A DNA stretch of 64,000 bases, from contig AP024682.1 of NCBI GenBank assembly GCA_025999395.1, positions 301,638 to 365,637 of the forward strand, given 5' to 3'. Position numbers and translations under genes: made by a program. Positions 51,528 to 59,426 of the stretch are shown here, piece by piece; within the stretch, counting starts at the first letter, position 1, and the number at the start of each line of letters is the position of its first letter. The notes beneath the pieces are model-generated. The model was not told the origin of the DNA and did not search any database. It worked only from the letters and a program-made list of their open reading frames with translations. The stretch is from Candidatus Parcubacteria bacterium (GTDB lineage: Bacteria > Patescibacteriota > Minisyncoccia > UBA6257 > JAGOQP01).

Positions 51528-51923
51528 TTATATTTTGAGATTGTTTTCTACAAATTTTCCAATAATGGGCAAGGGCTTTTCCTCTCCTTTAAGAGCGTGA
51601 ATAACACCGATAATCCAAATGACGAAAAGGATTAATTGAAGAGGAAAGAAAAGTAGCCAACCAATGATAGGAACAAAAGTCCCAAAAACGCTAACCAAAA
51701 TAGCGGCGATTAGAAATCCTAACCCCTGTCTTACATGATATCTGACAAAAGGATCATTTTTGTCTTCGGTAAGGAGGGGGACAAAAAAGAGTAGGTAGGC
51801 CACTACTGCCATTAGCTTATTTTTTTCTTCTTTTTTCTGAGATTCTGGGGGTTGATTTTCTTTTTCGGTTGCTTCTGCCTTTAACTCTTCTTGGTGTTGG
51901 TGATTATGTTCTTTGTGATTCAT
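51528..51923 (-). CDS. DUF4870-like small membrane protein with a His/Glu-rich N-terminus
   Basis: N-terminal MNHKEHNHQHQEE, then three TM helices with YHVRQGLGF, typical of the DUF4870 family. Confidence 0.5.
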   Translation of the reverse strand: MNHKEHNHQHQEELKAEATEKENQPPESQKKEEKNKLMAVVAYLLFFVPLLTEDKNDPFVRYHVRQGLGFLIAAILVSVFGTFVPIIGWLLFFPLQLILFVIWIIGVIHALKGEEKPLPIIGKFVENNLKI

Positions 51924-51957
51924 ATTTTTAATTTTATCTTTTAATTTCGACTTTTAT

Positions 51958-51986
51958 TTGAATATTTTGACTTTATTGAGTATAAT
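51958..51986 (+). promoter_or_regulatory. Strong sigma70-like promoter upstream of the GIY-YIG gene and tRNA-Ser
   Basis: TTGAAT (51958-63), a 17-nt spacer, then TATAAT (51981-86). Confidence 0.5.
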
Positions 51987-52087
51987 CTTTTTGATTTTTT
52001 TTTACAATAGAGAGCGGCTGTTTTGGAGAGTTCTCATGGTGGTCTAGCCCCGAAGGGGACCCTTCGGGTTGCGCGTTATTGTGAAGA

Positions 52088-52361
52088 ATGAGGTATTTTC
52101 GTTTATTTTCTTAAAAGTGAAAGTACTGGAAGATTTTACATAGGATGTACGCGGGATATTGATAAAAGATTGAGATATCATAATAGTGGTAAAAATAAAT
52201 CAACCAAACCATACAGGCCTTGGAAGTTAATCTACTTTGAGAGTTATGATAGTATAAAAGATGCTTATAGGAGAGAGTGGTATTTAAAACATTCTAAGGG
52301 GTATTTAGAAAAAAAGGTTTATAATAAAAAAATATGGAGGAGGGTTCGCATAGTGGTCTAG
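52088..52361 (+). CDS. GIY-YIG nuclease family protein (YhbQ-like), interrupted by a +1 frameshift in a T-run
   Basis: ATG at 52088 reads MRYF, then shifts at tattttcg. The continuation reads VYFLKSESTGRFYIGCTRDIDKRLRYHNSGK...RPWKLIYFESY, the classic GIY...YIG...R...N pattern. The 3' end runs into the tRNA-Ser 5' end. Confidence 0.55.
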
Positions 52362-52428
52362 TGCGCGGCTCTGGAGAAGCCGTAGGTCCGAAAGGGCCTC
52401 GTGGGTTCGAATCCCACCCCCTCCGCCA
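52336..52428 (+). tRNA. tRNA-Ser (anticodon GGA), class II with a long variable arm
   Basis: Anticodon stem CGGCT/AGCCG with loop CTGGAGA. Variable arm TAGGTCCGAAAGGGCCTCG. T-arm GTGGG-TTCGAAT-CCCAC. 3' GCCA is encoded. There is one A-C mismatch in the acceptor stem as drawn, so the exact 5' end is uncertain. Confidence 0.7.
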
Positions 52429-52441
52429 GTTGGAAAAAGAA

Positions 52442-52540
52442 GGTTGCTGGCTCGCCCTCTGCGAGGGCTCGCCAGCCGATTTTAGGCGCAAAATTGAATT
52501 TTTTGTCTTTCAAAATAAAGTTCGAGCCGACATTTTTTAG
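52442..52540 (+). repeat. Island-flanking direct repeat, copy 1 (att-like)
   Basis: About 75% identical to 63051-63160 in the same orientation (shared ttgctggct, ctctgcgaggg, and aattttttgtcttt...ttcga.c.gacattttt). An inverted partial copy lies at 53887-53957. Confidence 0.6.
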
Positions 52541-53834
52541 AAATTCCCGGATTTGATAATTGTCGCCCTGCGACAATAGAATTTTGGCTTGTTTCTGCCT
52601 CAAAAATCATTTCTTTCATCGGTTCGAGCCAATTATTTCCCGATTGTTCAAAATCTCTGATTTTCTGCTCAATATCCAGTTTTTCGTTGAGCAGTTTTTG
52701 TTTCTTGGCTTGGTATTCTCCAAGTGTCAAAGCTCCTGCCGGCGATATAGAGGTCTAACAGTTTTTCAATTTTCTGCTCAACTCTCTGCCTTTTGCTCGC
52801 TGGAGATTTTGAACAATAATTTCGCTTTCTCTTTTCAGCTTGCTCTTTTTCTTTGTCTAACTCCAAAATCATATTTTCCGCCCACTCATCAGGCAAAGAA
52901 ACCTTTTTGAATAAAATCTCTTCATCTGCTCAACAAGGTTTTCTTCCCTTAAATACCTTTCATCGCATTTTTGCTTTTTCTTGGTGCACCGGTAGTAGTT
53001 ATGCCCTTTTTGCTTTTCAGCGGTTATCATACAGCCGCAATTTCCGCAACGCATAAAGCCGGAAAAAGCAAATTCATGCTTTCTTTTTCTCTTTTTCTTG
53101 CCTCGGTTATTCATTACTTGCTGGACAGAATCAAAAAGTTTCTTGGAAATAATTGGCTCGTGAGCTTCCCTGATAAACTTCTCCGTTAAACTTAAAAACT
53201 CCGTAGTAGAAATGATTTTTGAGCATTCGCTGGACACAGGAAACAGAGAGCGGTTTGTTGCGGTAGCTTGTTATTCCGCTGTCCGCCAAAAACTGCTTTA
53301 TGGCTTTTAGGGTATAGTCGCCGGTGGCGTAAAGCTCAAACGCTTTTCTGATAAACGGTGCTTTGCCTTTGTCCAAATCTATTTCTTTTGTCATGGTGAT
53401 TATTAAGATAGCCAAGCGGAGCAAAGCCTGGCCAAATTCCTTTTCGCAGTTTTTAGCGGTGTCCTCGCTTGATGTTTTCTGAAAGGTTGTCAACATAATA
53501 CTTGCTTTGCCCAAAAGCGATGGAGAGCATAAATTTTCCCTGCGGCGTGTTTTCAAACCTGAAAGTCGGAAATTTCAAATCTAAAATTTTTCCTGTGTCC
53601 AGCAGATAAATGATTTTCCCGCCGTCAACAGAATTTCTTGCTAACCTGTCCGGGTGCCAAGCCAAAATTCCGCTGGCTTCGCCGAGCGCAAATCCGGTCT
53701 AACATTTCTCCGAAAACTTTTCGGCCAGGTTCCTTGGCGGCAAATTCTTTTAGCTCAGCAAGCTGAGCTTCAATAGACAAAACCTGCTTTTCTTCTGAAT
53801 CTGTTGATTTTCTGCAATAGATAAAGTATTTCAT
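52482..53834 (-). pseudogene. Large serine recombinase, decayed copy (multiple frameshifts)
   Basis: Five overlapping minus-strand ORF fragments align in order to the intact recombinase at 55945..57537. Matching segments include MKYFIYCRKSTDSEEKQ, AWHPDRLARNSVDGG...FGQSKYY..NLSENIKRGHR, HEPII.KKLFD.VQ and MRCGNCGC...GHNYYRCTK. Confidence 0.8.
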
Positions 53835-53858
53835 AATCCCTCTTTGGTTAAAAATTTA

Positions 53859-54152
53859 GAAAAGCCCGCTTCTGGCGTCCCGCTTTGCGGAACAAAGACA
53901 AAAAATTCAATTTTGCGCCTAAAATCGGCTGGCGAGCCCTCGCAGAGGGCGAGCCAGCAACCTCTTTTTCTGACTGGCGATGTGTATTGGAAAAAATCCG
54001 AACTGATTTTATTAACGGGCTCGGCTGGCGGAAGGCAAAGACCGACCCCACTTTCCGCCCGCCTCGCCCTGAACCGGAAGCGAAAAGGCAAACCGCCAAA
54101 GAACCTGAAAAAATGTCGGCTCGAACTTTATTTTAGTCAGAAGCGGGCTTTT
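53859..54152. mobile_element. MITE-like non-coding element (~294 bp) with 16-bp terminal inverted repeats
   Basis: TIRs gaaaagcccgcttctg (53859-74) and cagaagcgggcttttc (54137-52). The interior shares blocks with the repeats at 52442-52540 (inverted) and 55900-56040. Confidence 0.5.
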
Positions 54153-54231
54153 CTTTACTGAATTGAAATTTTTTGATATCATATATTTGAAATCACCCTT
54201 TATGGTTTAATGATATCAAAGTTTTGAAACT

Positions 54232-54429
54232 ATGGCAACAATAGGCGAAAATATCAAAAAATACCGCAACAAACTTGGCTTAACGCAGGACGATTTGGTG
54301 AGAAAGTCTGGTGTAAAACACACTACCCTTACCAAAATAGAGGGCGATTTTGTTAAAAAACCGAGCGTTCAAATTATGGCCAAAATTGCCAAAGCATTAG
54401 GCGTTTCGGTTGAGGATTTATTGAAATAA
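54232..54429 (+). CDS. XRE-family helix-turn-helix transcriptional regulator
   Basis: 65 aa. IKKYRNKLGLTQDDLVRKSGVKHTTLTKIE is a Cro/CI-type HTH. Confidence 0.8.
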   Translation: MATIGENIKKYRNKLGLTQDDLVRKSGVKHTTLTKIEGDFVKKPSVQIMAKIAKALGVSVEDLLK

Positions 54430-54430
54430 T

Positions 54431-54793
54431 ATGGAACTGATTTTTCATGAAATTTTTAGAGCACTTGGCTACCTGTTAATCGCAGGTGTTGTGTTGTTTG
54501 CTTGGAAGACAGCACGCGACAACTCAAAAGACGGAAAACTTAAAGAAGTTTTATGGAAAGGACTTTTGTGGTGTGCTGGGATTGCTTTATTCGCGAGCTT
54601 CACTTTAGGAAATCCCTCTTGTATAGAACAATCTGATCCAGTATATGGCGGTTGCGAACAATATGCTGATGATGGTTTTGAGCCAACCACCGAACAAAGA
54701 GTCGCAAATTTTGCTTACTTCATGACGCTGTTATATATTCCTGTCGTTTTTGGTGCTTTCAGTGGTAATAAATTAACAACGAACAAAGAATAA
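54431..54793 (+). CDS. Hypothetical membrane protein (island cargo)
   Basis: 120 aa, three predicted TM helices and Cys residues. The start is 2 nt after the HTH gene stop. Confidence 0.35.
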   Translation: MELIFHEIFRALGYLLIAGVVLFAWKTARDNSKDGKLKEVLWKGLLWCAGIALFASFTLGNPSCIEQSDPVYGGCEQYADDGFEPTTEQRVANFAYFMTLLYIPVVFGAFSGNKLTTNKE

Positions 54794-54794
54794 T

Positions 54795-55505
54795 ATGGAA
54801 ATATTTCGTTTTATATTTTCAATTATTTTCGCCCCAATCAGATGGTTGGCAAATTTATTTACTCAACGAAAGGACAACATTTTAGAGTGGCATTTTAATT
54901 ATGGCCCCTCGTTTATAAAAATTGAAACAAAATACAAAGAGCAATTTTTACCCGATGACTTATTGATCGCTGGTTATATCCTATTTTTAGCCCGATATTT
55001 TTTCATCTGCGATGATAGACAAATAGAGGTTGTTAGAAAGTTTCTTTTAAACGAAATCGAAAAATCAAAATCTAATGAGATTACACTAAAGTTGTATGAG
55101 GCCGTTTTTCAAACCTTAAATCAAATGGAAAAAGATGCAACGCTTGGCTTATTCAAAATCTATAATAGATTTTTACCAATGCCACCCCTAACTTTTTCAG
55201 AAGATGAAGAACCGCGTCATTCGTTGGCAAAATATAGTTTCTTAGTTTTTGAGCGTTCCGGCGGCAATGGCTTTGGTCATATCTTCTATATGTCTGCCGG
55301 ACCCGATATTATTTTGCTTCCGCTTACGGTCGGAATTCTATACGAATATGTAGTGAACAAATTGCGAAACAAGGATAAAAAAGAAAAACTAGATAATTCA
55401 ATCATTGATTTATTAAAAGGCCATTCAGCAGTAGATTGTCGCTCTATAGCAGGTCAAACAGAATTGCCAAATGAGGTTATTATTAAAAATAATTTAAACT
55501 ACTAA
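54795..55505 (+). CDS. Hypothetical protein (island cargo)
   Basis: 236 aa with no recognisable motif. Sits in a tightly packed operon. Confidence 0.35.
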   Translation: MEIFRFIFSIIFAPIRWLANLFTQRKDNILEWHFNYGPSFIKIETKYKEQFLPDDLLIAGYILFLARYFFICDDRQIEVVRKFLLNEIEKSKSNEITLKLYEAVFQTLNQMEKDATLGLFKIYNRFLPMPPLTFSEDEEPRHSLAKYSFLVFERSGGNGFGHIFYMSAGPDIILLPLTVGILYEYVVNKLRNKDKKEKLDNSIIDLLKGHSAVDCRSIAGQTELPNEVIIKNNLNY

Positions 55506-55506
55506 T

Positions 55507-55854
55507 ATGGGAATTGTAATTTTTATTATCGGTTTAGTTTTCGGGCTTTTCGCATTTAGCCAAATTATTTATCCGCTTTTCTCGGCTTGGCCTAGAGCGA
55601 AAAAATTAGAGCGCGAAGGAAAATTGAAAAGACCAATTCCGATTTCTACATTTCTAATTGCACCAATTATTTGGGGCGTCCTTATGTGGGCTTCTGTTTT
55701 GGTCATCGGAAAATTTTGGCCTGAAAACTTAAACACTTATTACATAAGTTTGGTGATAATTTTGTTTGTGGTAATTATTCAGATTCCAAAGCAAAACCGA
55801 GATTTAGAAGCGGATTTCAAAGATTCTTGGAAACAGTATTTGAAAGAAGAATAA
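55507..55854 (+). CDS. Hypothetical membrane protein (island cargo)
   Basis: 115 aa with three TM helices. The start is 2 nt after the upstream stop. Confidence 0.35.
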   Translation: MGIVIFIIGLVFGLFAFSQIIYPLFSAWPRAKKLEREGKLKRPIPISTFLIAPIIWGVLMWASVLVIGKFWPENLNTYYISLVIILFVVIIQIPKQNRDLEADFKDSWKQYLKEE

Positions 55855-55944
55855 AAGAATTTGTCGCCAAAGAACAAAATCTGTAAGATTTTGTTAGTGG
55901 GCTACGCCCGCGAAAAACTTGAAATCGTCCTTTTCGCTTCCGCT

Positions 55945-57537
55945 TCAGGGCGAGGCGGGCGGAAGGGGGGTTCGGGGGGAATTCCGCCCGCCGAGCCAAT
56001 CGGTCGCGAAATCGGTTCGGATTTTTTCAAATGCACACCGCCAATATTCAATTTCAGAGTTTTTGAAGGTTCTTGCCTCGCCCTCGCTTCGCTCGGGCTC
56101 GGCAAAAGCAACGATTTTATACGGATTTTTGAAATCAAAAAACAATTTCTGCCCGCTCAAAAGAAAGTTCGAACCAATCTTTTTTAGAAAATCCCGGCTT
56201 TGCTCAGGATTTTCTTGCAAAGTGACAATTTCGGCTTGTTTTACGGAGTTTATGAATTTGGCGGCGAGTTCGAACCGATTATTGCCTTTTTGCTCAAAAG
56301 CCTTCAGTTTGTCTTTCAAAAGTTGTTTTTGATTGACGAGTTTGTTTTTGGCCTCTCTGTATTCATCCAAAGACAAAGCGTTTTCAAGATAAGCGTTCAT
56401 CAGCTTGTCTAACTTTTCGTCAATTGCTTTTATTTCGTTTTCTATCTTTTGAGCAAAAAAGCACGATGATTGGGCTTTTTGTTCTTTTTCTTTTTCAAGT
56501 TCTTTTATCATCCAATCAGCCCAATCATCGGGCAAAGAAACTTTTTGAATCTCCTTTTTGATTTGCTCGGCGATTATTTCTTCGCGAACATATCTTTGAG
56601 AACAAGGGATTTTCCTTTTGGTGCAACGCAAATAATTGTGTCCTTTCTGTGTCTCGGTGGTGATAAAGCAACCGCATTTTCCGCAACGGAACATTCCTCT
56701 GTAAATGTATGGCTTTAATTCTCTTGTCTTTGGTTTGCTTTTTTGTCTCATCACTTCCTGAACTTGGTCAAAAAGTTTCTTTGCGATAATCGGTTCGTGC
56801 TTTCCTTCGTAATATTCGCCGTTGTATCTCATCACTCCGTAGTAAAAAGGATTTTGAAGAAGGTATTGATAATTTGAAACAGAAAGTAATTTACCTTTTC
56901 TTCCTCTCAATCCCAGATTGTTGACAATCTTTCGGATCTCTTTAAGAGCGTATTTGCCGGTGGCGTAAAGCTTAAAGGCTTTTTTGATAAGAGGAGCTTT
57001 TTCTTTGTCTATATAGATTTGTTTTGTCTTGGGGTCGTTGAAGTAGCCAAGAGGCGCCATTTGAGGCCATAGACCTTGTTTTAGTTTTTGGCGATGTCCC
57101 CGCTTTATATTTTCCGAAAGATTGTCAATATAGTATTTTGACTGCCCAAAAGCGATAGACAACATAAACTTTCCTTGAGGCGTGTTTTCAAACCAAAAAG
57201 TCGGGAATTTTAGCTCTTTGATTACTCCGGTATCAACAAGGTAAATTATTTGTCCGCCGTCAACAGAATTACGAGCGAGACGGTCAGGATGCCAAGCCAA
57301 AATCCCTTCTGCTTCGCCCGCTTCAATTCTCTTTAGCATTTCTGCAAAAACAGGTCTTCCCGGCTTCTTGGCAGTTTGTTTTTCAACGAGAACATCAACG
57401 ATTTCCAGATTTTCTTTTTTCGCTAATTCTTTGAGTTCCGCTATTTGGTCCTGAATACTCCTTACTTGCCGATCTTCTGAATCGGTTGATTTTCGGGCGT
57501 AGATGAAAAATTTTCTTGTTTTGTTGTCTTTTTTCAT
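55945..57537 (-). CDS. Large serine recombinase (resolvase domain, recombinase domain, zinc ribbon and coiled coil)
   Basis: The probable start is MKKDNKTRKFFIYARKSTDSEDRQ, with the catalytic Ser in the YARKST motif. Has WHPDRLARN and the zinc ribbon CGKCGC...GHNYLRCTKRKIPC. The ORF track extends the N-terminus to 57609 and the C-terminus into the flanking repeat. The true C-terminus probably lies before about 56190. Confidence 0.8.
   Translation of the reverse strand: MKKDNKTRKFFIYARKSTDSEDRQVRSIQDQIAELKELAKKENLEIVDVLVEKQTAKKPGRPVFAEMLKRIEAGEAEGILAWHPDRLARNSVDGGQIIYLVDTGVIKELKFPTFWFENTPQGKFMLSIAFGQSKYYIDNLSENIKRGHRQKLKQGLWPQMAPLGYFNDPKTKQIYIDKEKAPLIKKAFKLYATGKYALKEIRKIVNNLGLRGRKGKLLSVSNYQYLLQNPFYYGVMRYNGEYYEGKHEPIIAKKLFDQVQEVMRQKSKPKTRELKPYIYRGMFRCGKCGCFITTETQKGHNYLRCTKRKIPCSQRYVREEIIAEQIKKEIQKVSLPDDWADWMIKELEKEKEQKAQSSCFFAQKIENEIKAIDEKLDKLMNAYLENALSLDEYREAKNKLVNQKQLLKDKLKAFEQKGNNRFELAAKFINSVKQAEIVTLQENPEQSRDFLKKIGSNFLLSGQKLFFDFKNPYKIVAFAEPERSEGEARTFKNSEIEYWRCAFEKIRTDFATDWLGGRNSPRTPLPPASP
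56032..56190. repeat. Imperfect terminal inverted repeat, left, of the recombinase element
   Basis: Matches the reverse complement of 57596-57808 over about 125 bp (caccgccaatattcaatttcagagtttttgaaggttcttgcctcgccctcgcttcgctcgggctcggca...). Both inner ends read accaatcttttttag. Confidence 0.6.
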
Positions 57538-57595
57538 AATCGCTTTTGGACAGTTAGTCCCGCTTCGCGGGACAAATTGCCGCTTTGCGTTCCGC

Positions 57596-57808
57596 CAAAG
57601 GCGGAACAAAAAAGATTGGTTAACCCCGCCCTTTTAACAGGAAGGGCGGGGTGTTCGCCTTCGGCGAACCGAACCTCCAAATTCTGGAGCAAAAATTGTT
57701 TTTTGATTTCAAAAATCCCTATAAAATCGTGGTTTCTGCCGAGCCCGAGCGAAGCGAGGGCGAGGCAAGAACCTTCAAAAACTCTGAAATTGAATATTGG
57801 CGGTGTCT
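57596..57808. repeat. Imperfect terminal inverted repeat, right, of the recombinase element
   Basis: See the partner at 56032-56190. It carries an extra insertion of about 50 bp with two GC-rich hairpins. Confidence 0.6.
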
Positions 57809-58090
57809 TTTGGACAAAATTCGAACCTATTTTGAACAAAATCCTGATGCCGACTTCTGATTGTCGCCCTGCGGGCGACAATCCCGCCCCGCGTTTCCGC
57901 ACGGCGTCCGCTTCGTTTCCGCCGAACAAAACAGAAAAATTTTCTAAACATTTATTTAATCGCGCCCCCGACAAAATTTTTTCTATTAAGGAAAAGAAAA
58001 TTTTTCTGTTTTGACATTCTACTAACGCAGAATTGCGGAAACGCTTCCCACCCCCAGTCCCGCTTCGCGGGACAGCAGGCGGGCTATGGT
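57799..58090. repeat. Perfect 292-bp inverted repeat, left copy, flanking the RM/HEPN cassette
   Basis: The reverse complement is identical to 62758-63049 as read by eye over the full length. It contains the hairpins gattgtcgccctgcgggcgacaatc and gtcccgcttcgcgggac. Confidence 0.85.
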
Positions 58091-58161
58091 ATTTTTTATA
58101 TTCGCCCTTGCCCCACCCGTACCGTGCGCGGGCGGTAGAGTAAAACTCCCTAAAAATAATC

Positions 58162-58195
58162 ATAACCTATTTTGGGATATTCTACAATAGGTTAT
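58162..58195 (+). promoter_or_regulatory. C-box-like operator upstream of the controller gene
   Basis: 10-bp inverted repeat ataacctatt / aataggttat with a 14-nt spacer. It ends 18 nt before the C gene ATG. Confidence 0.4.
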
Positions 58196-58212
58196 ACCAT
58201 AAAAATAAAGAT

Positions 58213-58434
58213 ATGCCAAAGTCAATTTATACAAAAGAGTATAAGAAGATCCTCGCACGGCTTAAAAAAGCCAGGCAGGATGCTGGCTTAAAACAGACAG
58301 AGGTCGCCAAAAAGTTAAATAGGCCTCAGTCTTATATTTCAAAAATAGAAAGAGGAGAAAGAAGAATTGATGTAGCAGAACTAAAAGAGTTAGCAAAGAT
58401 TTATAAAAAAGACATAAATTATTTTATTGAATAA
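58213..58434 (+). CDS. Controller (C) protein-like XRE HTH regulator of the RM system
   Basis: 73 aa with HTH LKQTEVAKKLNRPQSYISKIERGERR. Lies 17 nt upstream of the putative endonuclease gene, the classic C-R arrangement. Confidence 0.7.
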   Translation: MPKSIYTKEYKKILARLKKARQDAGLKQTEVAKKLNRPQSYISKIERGERRIDVAELKELAKIYKKDINYFIE

Positions 58435-58451
58435 AAATTAAATCACACAAT

Positions 58452-59426
58452 ATGGGTAAGTATGAAAGAGAACAAATCGAAGAGGCTGAGAAAATAATTG
58501 TTAAGATTATTAATTCTCAGAAGGTGTCCGATTTAGATAAACAAAATCGGTGGTTTAAACATGCGATCGCTATTGCTGAAAGAATTAAAAAGGATTTTCC
58601 CAATATTAAAAAAGCACAACATTTAGGTAATCGTTATGATAATACGGGAGATATATTATTAATTACCTCTGATAAAAGAGAAATTTTTATTGAAGTTAAA
58701 ATGAGCGACACAAGATTAGGTGTGGGGACTAAAGCAAATGTCAGTCAAGATGCGCTTACAGAAAATTATCTTTTTGTGGGCAAAGTTAAAAGTTGGAGTA
58801 AATTTCGCAAGGAGAAAAAACATAATGAGTGGGTTGATAGTTATTTAGACCTTTTTACTAGATATCCAAAAAAGATTTTAAATATCTCAAATTCCATAAT
58901 TAGAAGAGAGGAGAAAGCAAGGTATTTAAGAGGTTTAAAACAAAAAGGAAGTAGAAAAGCCAAAGAAATTCTCGATAAAATTCACGAGAGAGATAAAAAA
59001 GAAAAAATAGAATATTTGGTTTATCTTAGCAAACAACCGCAAAGAGAAGAAATGATTAAAAGATTTTTTATTTTAATTACATTAGGTATCCATAAAAAAG
59101 AAGAATTACAGGCTCTAATAAAAAAAGATAATTTTTTTCAAGAAATTCAAGATCTTTTGGTGTATTATGGGAATTCTTACAATGATAAAATTATTGTAAG
59201 GCAAGAAAACGCAGGTGAGAAAATTAAAAAAGTTCTCGAAGAGTTTTCAGGTTTTAAAATTATCTTTCCTTCCGGAACTACCCACTGTAAATTAGTAGGA
59301 ATAAAGGGAAAGAAAAATATACCTTTATTACAAATAGTTTTACATTGGAAAAATATTGCTCAAGGAATTAAAACTCCGTGCCTTAATATTTTTGATCTAA
59401 CTCCAAAATTTATTAATCCTTATTAA
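58452..59426 (+). CDS. Putative type II restriction endonuclease (PD-(D/E)xK)
   Basis: GDILLITSDKREIFIEVK gives a D...E-x-K catalytic core. It is convergent with the MTase gene, overlapping it by 4 bp. Confidence 0.5.
   Translation: MGKYEREQIEEAEKIIVKIINSQKVSDLDKQNRWFKHAIAIAERIKKDFPNIKKAQHLGNRYDNTGDILLITSDKREIFIEVKMSDTRLGVGTKANVSQDALTENYLFVGKVKSWSKFRKEKKHNEWVDSYLDLFTRYPKKILNISNSIIRREEKARYLRGLKQKGSRKAKEILDKIHERDKKEKIEYLVYLSKQPQREEMIKRFFILITLGIHKKEELQALIKKDNFFQEIQDLLVYYGNSYNDKIIVRQENAGEKIKKVLEEFSGFKIIFPSGTTHCKLVGIKGKKNIPLLQIVLHWKNIAQGIKTPCLNIFDLTPKFINPY

Noticed and set aside
51990-52090. tmRNA, SRP RNA or 6S RNA in the hairpin-rich segment downstream of the strong promoter
   Set aside because: No match to the conserved tmRNA 5' end (GGGGCUGAU), the tRNA-like 3' end, or the SRP domain IV motif. 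Only the structured leader is noted.
52294-52603. Overlapping 60-80 aa ORFs on both strands
   Set aside because: They translate through tRNA-Ser and the adjacent att-like repeat, so they are repeat read-through and not genes.
53844-54161. Three overlapping ORFs (83-105 aa)
   Set aside because: They fall within the MITE-like element. Their Arg/Pro/Ala-rich translations are typical of GC-rich repeats.
52429-58100. Possible CRISPR array suggested by recurring GC-rich palindromes
   Set aside because: The repeats are heterogeneous in sequence and orientation and irregularly spaced, and no cas genes are present. They look like MITE/REP-type elements instead.
57534-58163. ORFs of 209, 145 and 69 aa, and the 125-aa ORF at 62835..63212
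   Set aside because: They are translations of the 292-bp inverted repeat and the recombinase TIR, with no coding signature.
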